From assembly GCA_965263035.1 (NCBI GenBank), contig OZ253580.1, forward strand, positions 736,001 to 800,000: DNA of 64,000 bases, written 5' to 3'. The position numbers and the translations under genes are program-made. Below the pieces are notes generated by a model. That model searched no databases and was not told the DNA's origin. It was given only the letters and a program-made list of their open reading frames with translations. The stretch is from Acidobacteriota bacterium (GTDB lineage: Bacteria > Acidobacteriota > UBA6911 > RPQK01 > JAJDTT01). Positions 30,426 through 41,117 of the stretch are shown here, one piece after another. Position 1 is the stretch's first letter, and every line of letters starts with the position of its first letter.

Positions 30426-32075
30426 CTAACCTGAATCCAGATTCGCGTTTCGCTTGATTTCAAAAGACTCCTCGGCCATCACGGTCTGCTCTCGGATGCG
30501 ATCATGAATCTTGACCAACACCTTGTATTTGCCAAGCCCTAGACCCGCCACCGGCAGTTGTCTGATTATGACGACGCGCCGGTTCGAATAAAACTGGATC
30601 GTGTCACCGCTTTCATCGATGACTTCCTCGAGCGTCTTGCCGTTCTGGACAATCTTGTAACTGATGCTCAGGGCGGGCGCCGAGTTCGTCTGATCCAAAG
30701 CGGCATTGTAGACCTGAATATAAACTCCAAATGACGGTGGAAGCGGAAATACCTTGTCGATGCTGGGACGGACGCTTACGTCGCCCAACACGAACATTAC
30801 ATTGTCTTTCGGCGTTTCCTTCAGAGGCCGGATGTGATCGGAAAGAATCAGAGAACTACTTGCCAGTTTCTCTTCCGGATAGGACGGAGGAATGATGCCC
30901 TGGCGAACCGTTCCAACATTGCCGCTGTTAAGATCTTTGACGACCACGTCGATCTTGTAGCGCATCTTGGGCTCCAGAAGTAGAATTTTCTGATACTGCG
31001 AGCGCCTGGTCAGCGCCTGTTTGAGCAGTGCCGGCCGATAGGACAGGCTGAGATCCTGCTCGAATTCGTGAACCACTCGATTCGTCATTGTCGTGACCCG
31101 GCCGTAGACCACAACGTCAGCCTCGAAAATATCTCTCTTCTTCCGAAAAGTGAGATTCTTGTTGGCGACCTGAACCGTTACCGGCACCAGAAGCCGTCGG
31201 TCGCTGAGACGAAAGTAGTCTTTTTGAACCTGAATGGGGAGTGAATGGTAAGCAAATTGGACCTTCACCAACTCCTTCAAATCAGGGTATCTGAGCTGCG
31301 GGGGGCGTTGGATTCTGTCGTAGGTTTCATACCGCTGAAAGGGACTGTCTTTGGCTCGCGGATTGATGAAAGGATATCTTTGCGAATTTCCGGGAGAGAA
31401 GTAGGGTCGATCGGCTCTGGTAGCCAACCCCATCTGCTCGGCGATCGTCGGACCGGCCCCGGCCACGTGGAGCAAGGCATCTTTCTCCTCGGCCATCAAT
31501 GCCAGACGGTATTCGCCCGTCATGGATCGATCCACGAATTCGAGTTCGACGTCGGACCCGATTCCTTCGATATAACGGTAGCGCCAGATCTCAAAAGGGA
31601 AGGCTGTTGAGGATCCGCCTCCTTCGTAAATGGGGCGGTCGTAGATGCCCCCGGAGGCATGGGTTTCAATCTCGGCCGGTGGACCGTGGATGATATAAAC
31701 ACGGCCGCGGTCGGTCAGCCAGCCCGGGATGCCGCTGGGAAAGTTCTCGTTGGCATAGGCAATGCGTCGATAATGTTCATCCTTGAACTCATTGGCAACC
31801 GTCGTCAAATCGGGATCGCGGCGGCGCCAGAACTGCTCGATAAACTGTTCCTTTTCAGCTCCGGTTGTCAACCTTTTTAAAACGTCCTTTTCGCTGTCGG
31901 TGATGATGTAAGACACGTCTCTTTCCAGCCACCGTTTGTAGTGATCCTCCTGTTCTTCGCGCCTGACCTTTTCCGTGTCCCGCTGTTTCTGCGCGGAGAA
32001 GGCAGCGGTTGTAGACGGCGGCGGCACCAGACAGGCGAGTACCAACAGGACTCCAAGGTGGACACCACTTTTCAT
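30426..32075 (-). CDS. GWxTD domain-containing secreted protein (paralog 2)
   Basis: Signal peptide; FIEQFWRRRDP, EHYRRIAYAN, GWLTDRGRVYI.HGPP, PFEIWRY. Confidence 0.93.
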   Translation of the reverse strand: MKSGVHLGVLLVLACLVPPPSTTAAFSAQKQRDTEKVRREEQEDHYKRWLERDVSYIITDSEKDVLKRLTTGAEKEQFIEQFWRRRDPDLTTVANEFKDEHYRRIAYANENFPSGIPGWLTDRGRVYIIHGPPAEIETHASGGIYDRPIYEGGGSSTAFPFEIWRYRYIEGIGSDVELEFVDRSMTGEYRLALMAEEKDALLHVAGAGPTIAEQMGLATRADRPYFSPGNSQRYPFINPRAKDSPFQRYETYDRIQRPPQLRYPDLKELVKVQFAYHSLPIQVQKDYFRLSDRRLLVPVTVQVANKNLTFRKKRDIFEADVVVYGRVTTMTNRVVHEFEQDLSLSYRPALLKQALTRRSQYQKILLLEPKMRYKIDVVVKDLNSGNVGTVRQGIIPPSYPEEKLASSSLILSDHIRPLKETPKDNVMFVLGDVSVRPSIDKVFPLPPSFGVYIQVYNAALDQTNSAPALSISYKIVQNGKTLEEVIDESGDTIQFYSNRRVVIIRQLPVAGLGLGKYKVLVKIHDRIREQTVMAEESFEIKRNANLDSG

Positions 32076-32144
32076 GACTGGAACTCTGAAGTCGATTGGT
32101 TCAATCCTATTGGTTATGCAAACCCGGTTCAACTCGCTACCGGA

Positions 32145-33467
32145 TCACTCCCGTCCGGGTAGCGCCCAGACGGCGTTCAAGACCCCGCCGGTAAAGTCTT
32201 CTTCGGCCTGCTCGGTATACGGGGAAATGCGGGGCTCGAAGCCTCCTTCGGCGAACGCCTTTCGGGTGGTCAGATAACCGAGGTAGCCATTGTTCAACCC
32301 ATAGAAGAAGGTGTAGGGGAACGGAGATTGGTCTCGGACCTTCATGGCGATCTCGCCGAAGAGTTCCAGCGGTGCCGCCCAGAGCAGGATCTCCCGATTG
32401 ATCTTGAGGAAGTCGACCGGGATCCTCACCAGCGTCACCCCGTCATCGGTTTCTCGCTTCAAGCCGCGCATCGCCTCCTGATACCAAACGGTCTGCTTCT
32501 CCTTGAGCGGGGTCTCGATCATGGTTCGTCCTGTCCACAGCCTGACCTCTGTCGTCGTTGCCGCCACCGATCGATTGGCCGCCAGAATTCGATCGCCCAA
32601 GAGAACTTTGAACTGGCTGAGGTGATTCAGTCCCTGGTTCTTCGCATGAGGCATGGTGATGGTGCTGTAGATGGGAGCGACATCCCCCTCGGCGCCACTC
32701 ATCAACAGGAGGGGGGCTCCGGTCTTCTCTTCGACATACTCGGCGACGACCCCCTGGGCATCTCCGCTGATCAAGAGGAACTCCGGACCGTTCACCGGCA
32801 GGACGGTACCGTGCATGGCATAACTCGCGATCAGAGCCAGTAGGGATCCGTCTGCTCGTTCCAGACGGATCAGTCCGATTTGCCGATCCACCGGACCCTC
32901 GGGATTCAATCCGACATAGGGCACACTGCCGTCGATCTCCCGGGGCCGCCGGTTGATGTTGGCCATGGACATCCCGGTCGCCACGCCGAGGCGAGCCGGC
33001 TCCAGTTTCTTTCGGGCCTCCACAATGGCGTCGATCAGTGCTCTCTTGAGCCAGGCGGAGTAGTCCGGGTTGGCCTTGAACGTGCCCGAATCCTCAGGTT
33101 CGAGGCCGACCTGAGGGCCGGAATGAGTTTGGGTTGTATTCCACCAGACCTGTTCCGGCAGGATCCCAGTCTCCCTCGCCAGCCTTTGGGAGAACTCGCG
33201 GTAGACATCATAACGGACTATGGCCAGATCGCTGGAGATCAGAAAGACCTGGGTCTCGCCGTCGTCCAGGGCAACGACCCGATGGTAGATCCGATCCAAC
33301 ACCCCCTCCGAGGGACCCGGTCTCGGATAGGCCTGCATCAGCACAGGCTTGCCGGGAGTGATGTCGACCTTTACACAAGAGGCACGCAGCTTCCCGGCCA
33401 GACCTTGCTCGATGCTGCCGGAGCTAAAGAAGATCAGTCCCAGAACAAGCGTTGAAAATCGATGCAT
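32145..33467 (-). CDS. Neutral/alkaline ceramidase-like secreted amidohydrolase
   Basis: KVDITP, THSGP, NRR, GPVD, AMHGT, GAEGD, NGYLGY......GGFE motifs. Confidence 0.8.
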   Translation of the reverse strand: MHRFSTLVLGLIFFSSGSIEQGLAGKLRASCVKVDITPGKPVLMQAYPRPGPSEGVLDRIYHRVVALDDGETQVFLISSDLAIVRYDVYREFSQRLARETGILPEQVWWNTTQTHSGPQVGLEPEDSGTFKANPDYSAWLKRALIDAIVEARKKLEPARLGVATGMSMANINRRPREIDGSVPYVGLNPEGPVDRQIGLIRLERADGSLLALIASYAMHGTVLPVNGPEFLLISGDAQGVVAEYVEEKTGAPLLLMSGAEGDVAPIYSTITMPHAKNQGLNHLSQFKVLLGDRILAANRSVAATTTEVRLWTGRTMIETPLKEKQTVWYQEAMRGLKRETDDGVTLVRIPVDFLKINREILLWAAPLELFGEIAMKVRDQSPFPYTFFYGLNNGYLGYLTTRKAFAEGGFEPRISPYTEQAEEDFTGGVLNAVWALPGRE

Positions 33468-33638
33468 GGAAAGTCTCCTGACTGCTGGACAACGACCATC
33501 GGCAAGGGGGCGGCACCGGTGATATATTCTGATGACTCTGAAACCAGAAAACAGCTGTTCGAGCAACATCTTTGGCGGCCCCTTGCCGCCTGGAACGAAG
33601 TCAACGCAAAACCGGTCCACTTCCAGGAGGACGGCTTG

Positions 33639-35423
33639 ATGTTCAAGGCGAAGGCCAGCCTACGATCCAGTATAGTGACGATGGTGTCTTCCTCTCTACT
33701 GTTTACGGTCTTCGGCTGTGGACAGGCCGAGCCCTCGCAACCCGGGCACAAGGTCGTTTTTTCGCTCGACGCCAAGGTGCCGATGCGGGATGGAGTCCAG
33801 CTTTCGGCTGACATCTACCGGCCGGATGCACCCGGCCCGTTCCCGACACTGATGTTGATGACCGCCTACAACAACATGCGCCCGGACGTGGTGCGCCGGG
33901 CGGTCTATTTTGCCGAGAGGGGCTACGCCGCGGTCTTGGTGGATCTCCGCGGCCGTCACGACTCCGAAGGAATCTGGCACCCCTATGTCAATGATCCGCA
34001 GGACGGATTCGACACTCAGAAGTGGCTCGCCGAGCAGAGCTGGTGCAACGGGAAGATCGGGACCTTCGGACATTCCTATGACGGCTTCACGCAGGTGATG
34101 CCGGCCCGTTACCAGCATCCCAACCTGAAAGCCTTGATGCCGAGCGCCAATCAGGAGACCAACTTCGGCCACCTATACAACGACGGCATTCCCCAACTGA
34201 ACGTGATCTTCGTGGCCGAGTTCCTCTGGGTCAATCGAGGCATGGCCTTCTGGCCGGGCATCTTCGACGAGCCTTTGATGGATTGGAACGAGATCTTCTC
34301 GCGGCTCCCCCTTTACACCGCGCTGGACGAGATGGTGGATCGTCCCTGGGTCAAGACGCTGCTGGATCACCCCACCTACGACGACTACTGGAAGTCCTAT
34401 GGGACCAAAGGAAAGTACGACAAGATTCTGGTCCCGGCCTACTTCCTGACGGGTTGGTACGACAATCTGGAACATGAGATCTGGAGGCAGTTCATCGGCT
34501 TCCGGAAAGAGGGAGGCTCGGAGTTGACCCGGAAGCAGACCAAGATCCTGGTCGGCCCCTGGTCCCATGCCTACAATCAGACGTACGACAACTGGGTAGT
34601 CGATTTTGGGGAATCCGCCTCTCTCGACATCGAGGAGTTGCATGTCCGCTGGTATGACTTCTGGCTCAGGGACGTTCCCAACGGCATCGACCAGGAAGCC
34701 CCCATCCGGCTGTTCGTGATGCGCGCCAACAAATGGCGCGACGAGCACGAATGGCCATTGGCCCGCACCCAGTGGACCAAGTACTACCTCAACAGCGGCG
34801 GCGCAGCCAACTCCGACCGGGACGACGGCACTCTGGGGACTTCACGGCCGCCTGCCGGTGCTCCTCAGGACAGCTTCCAATACGATCCCGCCAACCCCGT
34901 CCCCACCGTGGGAGGACAGACCGAGTTTCCGCCCGACCAGAGAGGGCCTCAGGATCGCCGCCCCGTTCAGAAGCGGGACGACGTCCTGATCTATAGCAGT
35001 GAGCCCTTGACCCAAAAGCTGGAGGTCACCGGTCCCATCGAGTTGAAGCTCTATGCCGCTTCCAGCGCCGTCGACACCGATTTCACTGCCGTCCTGACCG
35101 AGGTGTTGGCGGATGGAACGGCAATTCACATCAGTGAGGGGATCCGGCGGGCCAGCTTCCGGGAATCGTTGGAAAATCCGACCTTGATCGAACCCGGAAG
35201 GGTCTACGAGATCCCAATCGAGATCTGGGAGACGAGTTGGGAGTTTCAGGCGGGAAGCCGGATCCGGCTGGAGGTTTCCAGCAGCAACTTCCCGCGCTTC
35301 GCCAGAAACCTGAACACCGGCAATCCCCTGGGCAAGAGTGCGGAGATGAAGGTCGCGACCCAGACCATCTATCACGATGACCGCTACCCGTCTCATGTGG
35401 TCCTGCCGATCATTCCCGACTGA
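33639..35423 (+). CDS. CocE/NonD family serine hydrolase, lipoprotein (paralog 1)
   Basis: AGGAGG SD; VFGC lipobox-like; VPMRDG, GHSYDG, GWYD, GPWSH, SSNFPRF.RN.NTG. Confidence 0.93.
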   Translation: MFKAKASLRSSIVTMVSSSLLFTVFGCGQAEPSQPGHKVVFSLDAKVPMRDGVQLSADIYRPDAPGPFPTLMLMTAYNNMRPDVVRRAVYFAERGYAAVLVDLRGRHDSEGIWHPYVNDPQDGFDTQKWLAEQSWCNGKIGTFGHSYDGFTQVMPARYQHPNLKALMPSANQETNFGHLYNDGIPQLNVIFVAEFLWVNRGMAFWPGIFDEPLMDWNEIFSRLPLYTALDEMVDRPWVKTLLDHPTYDDYWKSYGTKGKYDKILVPAYFLTGWYDNLEHEIWRQFIGFRKEGGSELTRKQTKILVGPWSHAYNQTYDNWVVDFGESASLDIEELHVRWYDFWLRDVPNGIDQEAPIRLFVMRANKWRDEHEWPLARTQWTKYYLNSGGAANSDRDDGTLGTSRPPAGAPQDSFQYDPANPVPTVGGQTEFPPDQRGPQDRRPVQKRDDVLIYSSEPLTQKLEVTGPIELKLYAASSAVDTDFTAVLTEVLADGTAIHISEGIRRASFRESLENPTLIEPGRVYEIPIEIWETSWEFQAGSRIRLEVSSSNFPRFARNLNTGNPLGKSAEMKVATQTIYHDDRYPSHVVLPIIPD

Positions 35424-35462
35424 TTGGAATTCGGATGGATGCCGGTTCCGATCCGACCGGCG

Positions 35463-36659
35463 TCACAGGCGAGTCAGGCTTTTTCGCAACGCGTCCAGAA
35501 ACTGGGCGGCCTCGGCGCCGTCGACGACGCGATGATCCGCCGCCAGCGTGAGCGACATCTCGGGCCGGATTCCGATCATCCCTTGGTTCACGAAGGGTCG
35601 TTCCCGGATCTCTCCGACGGCCAGCAGCGCACTCTGGGGGGGATTGATCAGGCCGTTGAACTCGCGGATCCCATACATGCCGAGGTTGCTCAGAGTGAAG
35701 GTGCCCCCGGCGAATTCCTCGGGAAGGACTTTCCCCGCTCTGGCGCGACTCACCAGATCAACCAGTCGCTCATCGATTTCGCCGATGGTTCCGGAAGCGC
35801 AATCACGCAGGACGGGGACGAGCAGTCCTCGATCCGTGGCCACCGCAACATTGATGTTCACATCGCGGTGGATCTCGATGTGATCCTCCTTCCAGGAGGC
35901 ATTGAAACGAGGATATCGCTTCAGCAATTCCGCCAGCACCTTGACCAACAACGCGGTCATCGAGATCCCCTGGCCGGTCTGCCGGCGTTGCCGGTACGCC
36001 TTCAGCAGTGCGCCGGCGTCGGCATCCACGGTCAGATGGAACTGAGGGATGGTCGTGGCGCTCTCGATCATTCGCTGGGCCACCACACGCCTTAGTTGTG
36101 AGAGTTCCTCCCGCTCCGTTTCGGGTCCACTGCCAGGGGCCAAGGCTGCTGCGACGGGTGGGGAGACACCGATCACTCGCTCCACGTCGGCCCTGACGAT
36201 CCGGCCTCTCGGGCCGGTACCCCGGATCCGGCCCAGATCGATGCCATGCTTCCGGGCCAGACGCCGGGCTGCGGGCGCCGCGCGCACATTGGGCTCGGCT
36301 GAGAGCCTGGTCGAGCGGGCCGGGCGCCGCGGTACGACCGGAGCTTCCGGAACGCCTTCCGTGGCGGGACCCGTCTTCGTCGATCCGGCGGAAGTTGGAC
36401 CCGGAACAGGAGATTCGCCGGCGGCGGTCTCGTCCTCGACGACGGCCAGAAGCTGTGCGACGGAGACGTGACCTTCGTCGACACAAATCTCTCGCAAGAT
36501 CCCGGTGGCCGGGGAATCCAACTCCACCGCTGCTTTTTCGGTTTCGACCAGGACTAGGGATTCACCCGCTTGAACGGCGTCCCCTATCTTCTTCAGCCAC
36601 CGAATGACCGTGCCTCCGGCATCGGAGATGCCGTATGCGGGCATTCTGAGATCGGTCAT
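35463..36659 (-). CDS. 2-oxoacid dehydrogenase E2 (dihydrolipoamide acyltransferase)
   Basis: Lipoyl domain ETEKA, E3-binding PAARRLA...GTGPRGRI, GTFTLSNLG, DHRVVDG. Confidence 0.95.
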   Translation of the reverse strand: MTDLRMPAYGISDAGGTVIRWLKKIGDAVQAGESLVLVETEKAAVELDSPATGILREICVDEGHVSVAQLLAVVEDETAAGESPVPGPTSAGSTKTGPATEGVPEAPVVPRRPARSTRLSAEPNVRAAPAARRLARKHGIDLGRIRGTGPRGRIVRADVERVIGVSPPVAAALAPGSGPETEREELSQLRRVVAQRMIESATTIPQFHLTVDADAGALLKAYRQRRQTGQGISMTALLVKVLAELLKRYPRFNASWKEDHIEIHRDVNINVAVATDRGLLVPVLRDCASGTIGEIDERLVDLVSRARAGKVLPEEFAGGTFTLSNLGMYGIREFNGLINPPQSALLAVGEIRERPFVNQGMIGIRPEMSLTLAADHRVVDGAEAAQFLDALRKSLTRL

Positions 36660-36718
36660 GGCGAATCACCTTTGCCCAGCGGCGTCCGTGAGATCAAAAC
36701 GATTGCTCCGTGGCGAAC

Positions 36719-38695
36719 TCAAAGGTCAAGCTGCTCCCGAACCGCCGCTTTCAGCAGCTCAGCGTTGGGAATCAACTCTTTCTCCAAGGCCGGAGAGAAC
36801 GGAATAGGCGTATGTTGCATTCCCAGTGCGACGACCGGGGCGTCCAGCCAATCAAATGCCGCTTCTCCGATCTCGCTGGCCAGGCAGGCGGCAAAAGAGC
36901 CTTGGCGGGGAGCCTCGTTCAAGACCACCGCTGTGCGTGTTTTTCTGACTGAGGAAACGATGGTTTCCATATCGAGGGGCACGATAGTCCGGGGATCGAT
37001 CACCTCCAGTTCGACGTTCTCCCGCCGCGACAGATCGTCGGCGGCCTTGAGAGCCTCCTGGACCATCGCTCCCGTGGCCACTACGGTGACGTCATCCCCC
37101 GGGCGACGGATGACCGCTTCCCCGAAGGGAATCGCATAGTCGATCTCGGGGACCGGACCTTTGGTCTGGTAGAGCAGCTTGTGCTCCAGGAACAGGACCG
37201 GATTGTCATCCCGGATCGCGGTCTTCAGCAGACCCTTGGCATCGTAGGGTGTGGTCGGCATGACCAACTTCAATCCGGGAACGTGGTAGAGCCAGGCCTC
37301 CAGACTTTGGGAATGGGTCGCGCTGCCGCTGCCGCCCGCGCCGGTCGCCGTCCGAATCACCACCGGCACCTTGACCTGGCCGCCGGTCATGTAGTGGAGC
37401 TTGGCCCCGAGATTGACGATCTGGTCCATGGCCAGGGTCGTGAAATCCACGTACATCAATTCAACGACGACCCGATAGCCGCGCACGGCCGCCCCGATCC
37501 CCACTCCGGTGAAGGAATTCTCCGAGATCGGCGTATCTCTGACGCGATCCTTGAACCGGCGGGCCAGGCCGCGAGTGACTCCGAACAACCCTCCCAGGAT
37601 TTCAACGTCTTCTCCAATGACGATCGAACGATCGTCAGTTGTCATCTCCTCCCGGAGGGCTTCGTTGAGAGCCTGGGTGTACGTGATCTCGCGGTTGCCT
37701 GCCGGCGGCTCAGGCCGGGGGGGAACGTAAGCCGGCGAATAGACCTCCGTGGTGGCTTCGGACGGATCCGGCCATTCCGAATCCAAAGCAAAGCGAAGGG
37801 CGTCTTCCACCCGAACGCGCACACGAGCGCGAATGGCCTCGTCCTCTTCCTCCGTGAGGACTTTCGTCTGCTCGCGACGGAGGCGGTCGATGGGATCGCG
37901 TTGCTTCCATTCCTTGACCTCCGCCGCCGGCGCCGGGTGCAGGGCGGGCGGAAAGACGGTGGCGTGCGGTTCGTAACGGAACGTATTGCAGACGATCAGG
38001 GACGGACCCTTGCCGTCCCGGGCCTCCCCCACCGCTCTCTTGGCGGCCTCATGCACCGCGGCGAAATCGTTCCCGTCCACAGTGAATCCGGGCATCCCAT
38101 AGGAACCGGCCCGTACTGCCAAGTCCTTGACTGAAGTCACGTTCGACGACTTCACCGTCATGGCGTAGCCGTTGTTCTCGCAGACGAAAACGACGGGAAG
38201 CTTCCAAGCCGCGGCCAGATTGAGCCCCTCGTGAAAGGTCCCCTGGTTGGCGGCTCCGTCGCCGAAAAAGCAGACGGTGACGCAGCTGTCCCGGCCCACT
38301 TGGCTGGCCAGGCCGCTTCCGACCGCAAGCGGGATTCCGCCGCCCACGACACTGACCGCTCCCAACATCCCGATCTTGAGATCGATGACGTGCATCTCGC
38401 CGCCCTTGCCCTTGCAGTAGCCGGTGGCTTTACCGGCAAATTCGGCCATTGAGCGGCGTAGATCGGCCCCCTTGGCGATGAGGTGGCCATGGCCCCGGTG
38501 CGTGCTGGTGATGAAGTCATCCCGCTCCAGTGCCTGGCAGACTCCAACCGCAACCGCCTCCTGTCCCTGATAGGTGTGGGCGTGGCGAGGGAAATTTCCG
38601 CCCCGGAACTGGCGAGTCACCTCTTCCTCAAACGCCCGAATGATCAACATGTCTTCGTAGGCCGTTATTGCCAGCGATCCGTCAATCTTTTCCAT
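36719..38695 (-). CDS. 2-oxoacid/acetoin dehydrogenase E1, fused alpha+beta
   Basis: GQEA, HRGHGH, TPP motif GDGAANQG...N, GEDV, DTPISE, HSQSLE, EHKLLY. Confidence 0.93.
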   Translation of the reverse strand: MEKIDGSLAITAYEDMLIIRAFEEEVTRQFRGGNFPRHAHTYQGQEAVAVGVCQALERDDFITSTHRGHGHLIAKGADLRRSMAEFAGKATGYCKGKGGEMHVIDLKIGMLGAVSVVGGGIPLAVGSGLASQVGRDSCVTVCFFGDGAANQGTFHEGLNLAAAWKLPVVFVCENNGYAMTVKSSNVTSVKDLAVRAGSYGMPGFTVDGNDFAAVHEAAKRAVGEARDGKGPSLIVCNTFRYEPHATVFPPALHPAPAAEVKEWKQRDPIDRLRREQTKVLTEEEDEAIRARVRVRVEDALRFALDSEWPDPSEATTEVYSPAYVPPRPEPPAGNREITYTQALNEALREEMTTDDRSIVIGEDVEILGGLFGVTRGLARRFKDRVRDTPISENSFTGVGIGAAVRGYRVVVELMYVDFTTLAMDQIVNLGAKLHYMTGGQVKVPVVIRTATGAGGSGSATHSQSLEAWLYHVPGLKLVMPTTPYDAKGLLKTAIRDDNPVLFLEHKLLYQTKGPVPEIDYAIPFGEAVIRRPGDDVTVVATGAMVQEALKAADDLSRRENVELEVIDPRTIVPLDMETIVSSVRKTRTAVVLNEAPRQGSFAACLASEIGEAAFDWLDAPVVALGMQHTPIPFSPALEKELIPNAELLKAAVREQLDL

Positions 38696-39002
38696 GTCTG
38701 ATCGGCTTCCAGCGAACGTGGCGTCTATTTTTCCAATGCAACGGCGTTGAGGGCCGGCAAGACCCGCTGTCGATCTACGTGCAATTCGTATCCTGCGCCG
38801 CGGCAAAAGGATAGCGTAGTGGTGTTGGATCTACTATGCCTGGTCCGGGTCCAGGACGCCGGCAGCGGAGACCTTCTCTTGAACCGTCTCCCGGTGCAAG
38901 TTAGGCTACTCTGCCACGGTGAACGCCTGTTGGAGATGAAGACCCTGCACACGATCCAGCAAGACACCCAAGATAATCACTAATCCTGTTTGTCATCCAA
39001 CT

Positions 39003-41117
39003 ATGAGTGAGCAACACGGACACATCCGGATTGGCGCCGACGTTGGCGGTACGTTTACAGACGTGATCCTGCTGGACGCCGAGGGCAGAATCTGGAGCCA
39101 GAAGGTGCCGTCGACTCCCCCCGACTTCGAGCAGGCGGTCCTGCTTGCCAGCGCGAGTCTTCTGCGCGAGAGCGAAACCGGCGGTCCCGCCGTGACTCAG
39201 GTCGCTCACGGAACCACGGTGGCCACCAACGCCGTCCTGGAGCATCGGGGCGCCAAGACGGCCCTGATCACCACCAAGGGCTTCCGGGACGTGCTGGAGT
39301 TGCGCCGCATCCGGGCTCCCCAGATCTACGACGTGTTTTTCGACAAACCCAAGATTCTGGTCGAACGCTATCTCCGTTTCGAGGTCGACGAGCGGATTGC
39401 GGCCGACGGCACCGTCCTGGTGCCGCTGGATGAAGCCGATTTGTGGCGTATCAAGGAGCAGTTCGAGGCCGAGGCGGTCGAGTCCATCGCCGTCTGTTTC
39501 ATTCATTCGTACGCGCATCCCCAGCATGAGATGGTCGTGGGCCGGTTTCTGCGCCGGCACTTTCCCCACACGCCCGTGTCGCTTTCGCACGAGGTGCTGC
39601 CGGAGCGCAAGGAGTACGAACGAACGGCAACCACAGTGGTCAACGCTTACGTGCGGCCCATCATGCACGTGTACCTGAATGCCCTGCGGCACGGGCTTCA
39701 CGATCTGGAAATCGATGCCCCGCTGCACATCATGCAGTCCGCAGGCGGATTGACGCCGGACGACAATGCGGCGCGGCGTCCGGTGTTCGTGCTGGAATCG
39801 GGCCCGGCGGCGGGAGTTCTGGCCGCAGGTTTTACCGCCCGCCGTCTGGGGATCGAAAACGTCGTGACACTGGACATGGGGGGAACCACAGCCAAAGCCT
39901 CCATGATCGAAGGCGGGAAGATCGACTACAGTCCGGAATACGAGGTCGGCTCCTCGCTCTCCGTCGTCAGCCGGCTCGTGGGCGGCGGCGGCGAGTTGAT
40001 TCGGGCGCCCAGCATCGATATCGCGGAGGTCGGCGCCGGTGGCGGGAGTATCGCCTACCTGGACAGAGCCGGTGGCCTCCGTGTCGGTCCGCGCAGTGCC
40101 GGCGCCGTGCCCGGCCCCGTCTGCTATCAACGGGGTGGCCAGGCACCCACCCTGACGGACGCCAACGTGGTCCTGGGTTACATCCGGCCCGGCGATCTGG
40201 CGGACGGCCAGGTCAGCATCGATCGCGAATCCGCCGAGAGAGCCATTACCGACCAGATCGCAGCGCCTCTGGGCCTGGATCTCATTCAGGCGGCCGAAGG
40301 CATCCATCGCATCGGAAATGCCCGCACCATGAGGGCCTTGCGGGCCGTCTCCACCGAACGCGGCCGCGATCCGCGCCATTTCGTGTTGATGGCGTTCGGG
40401 GGCTCCGGGCCGATCCATGCTGCGGGCCTGGCGCGTGAACTGGGCATCAGCCGAGTGATCGTTCCTGCGCTGCCGGGCCTGTTCAGCGCCTTGGGACTGC
40501 TCTTTTCGGGAATCGAGCACCACGACGTCCGGAGCTGTCTGCACTCCGGTTCGGATTTGACGGCAACGGCGCTTCGGAACGTGAGCGACGAGATGCGCCG
40601 GAGCATGCTGTCCCAGTTCAAGGCCGAAGGCTTTCCGGCCGAACAGGTCCGGCTGTCGGCCGCCTGTGACGTGCGCTTCAAGGGGCAGACCTCCGAGATT
40701 CGCTTGGAGATCACCGCAGGCGAGATCAGCGGCCACACCGTCCAAAACCTGTGCACTGATTTCGTCGCGGAGCACGAGAAACTCTACGGACACCGTTCCG
40801 ATCCCGACAATCCCATCGAAGTGGTGGCCGTCCGATTGATCGGCCGGGCCGGGGAGCCGCGTCAGGAGGGAGCCTTGAAGCCGGCCGAGTATCTGGGCGC
40901 CAGGGCGCCCAGCCGGAGGGCCTGTTTTTCCGGAACCGTGATGGATGCGCCCGTTCTGGGCCGAAGCGACCTGACAGACCCTCAAAATGGTCCCCTGTTG
41001 ATCGACGAATACGATTCGACCATCGTCGTACCGCCCGACGCCCGCGCCTGGCTGGACCCACAGGGGAATCTGAACCTGGAGTTCGTCGATGACCGAAATC
41101 GATCCCATCACTCGTGA
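39003..41117 (+). CDS. Hydantoinase A/5-oxoprolinase family subunit
   Basis: DVGGTFTD, HGTTVATNA, SGPAAG, DMGGTT, GAGGGS, TDAN. Confidence 0.95.
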   Translation: MSEQHGHIRIGADVGGTFTDVILLDAEGRIWSQKVPSTPPDFEQAVLLASASLLRESETGGPAVTQVAHGTTVATNAVLEHRGAKTALITTKGFRDVLELRRIRAPQIYDVFFDKPKILVERYLRFEVDERIAADGTVLVPLDEADLWRIKEQFEAEAVESIAVCFIHSYAHPQHEMVVGRFLRRHFPHTPVSLSHEVLPERKEYERTATTVVNAYVRPIMHVYLNALRHGLHDLEIDAPLHIMQSAGGLTPDDNAARRPVFVLESGPAAGVLAAGFTARRLGIENVVTLDMGGTTAKASMIEGGKIDYSPEYEVGSSLSVVSRLVGGGGELIRAPSIDIAEVGAGGGSIAYLDRAGGLRVGPRSAGAVPGPVCYQRGGQAPTLTDANVVLGYIRPGDLADGQVSIDRESAERAITDQIAAPLGLDLIQAAEGIHRIGNARTMRALRAVSTERGRDPRHFVLMAFGGSGPIHAAGLARELGISRVIVPALPGLFSALGLLFSGIEHHDVRSCLHSGSDLTATALRNVSDEMRRSMLSQFKAEGFPAEQVRLSAACDVRFKGQTSEIRLEITAGEISGHTVQNLCTDFVAEHEKLYGHRSDPDNPIEVVAVRLIGRAGEPRQEGALKPAEYLGARAPSRRACFSGTVMDAPVLGRSDLTDPQNGPLLIDEYDSTIVVPPDARAWLDPQGNLNLEFVDDRNRSHHS

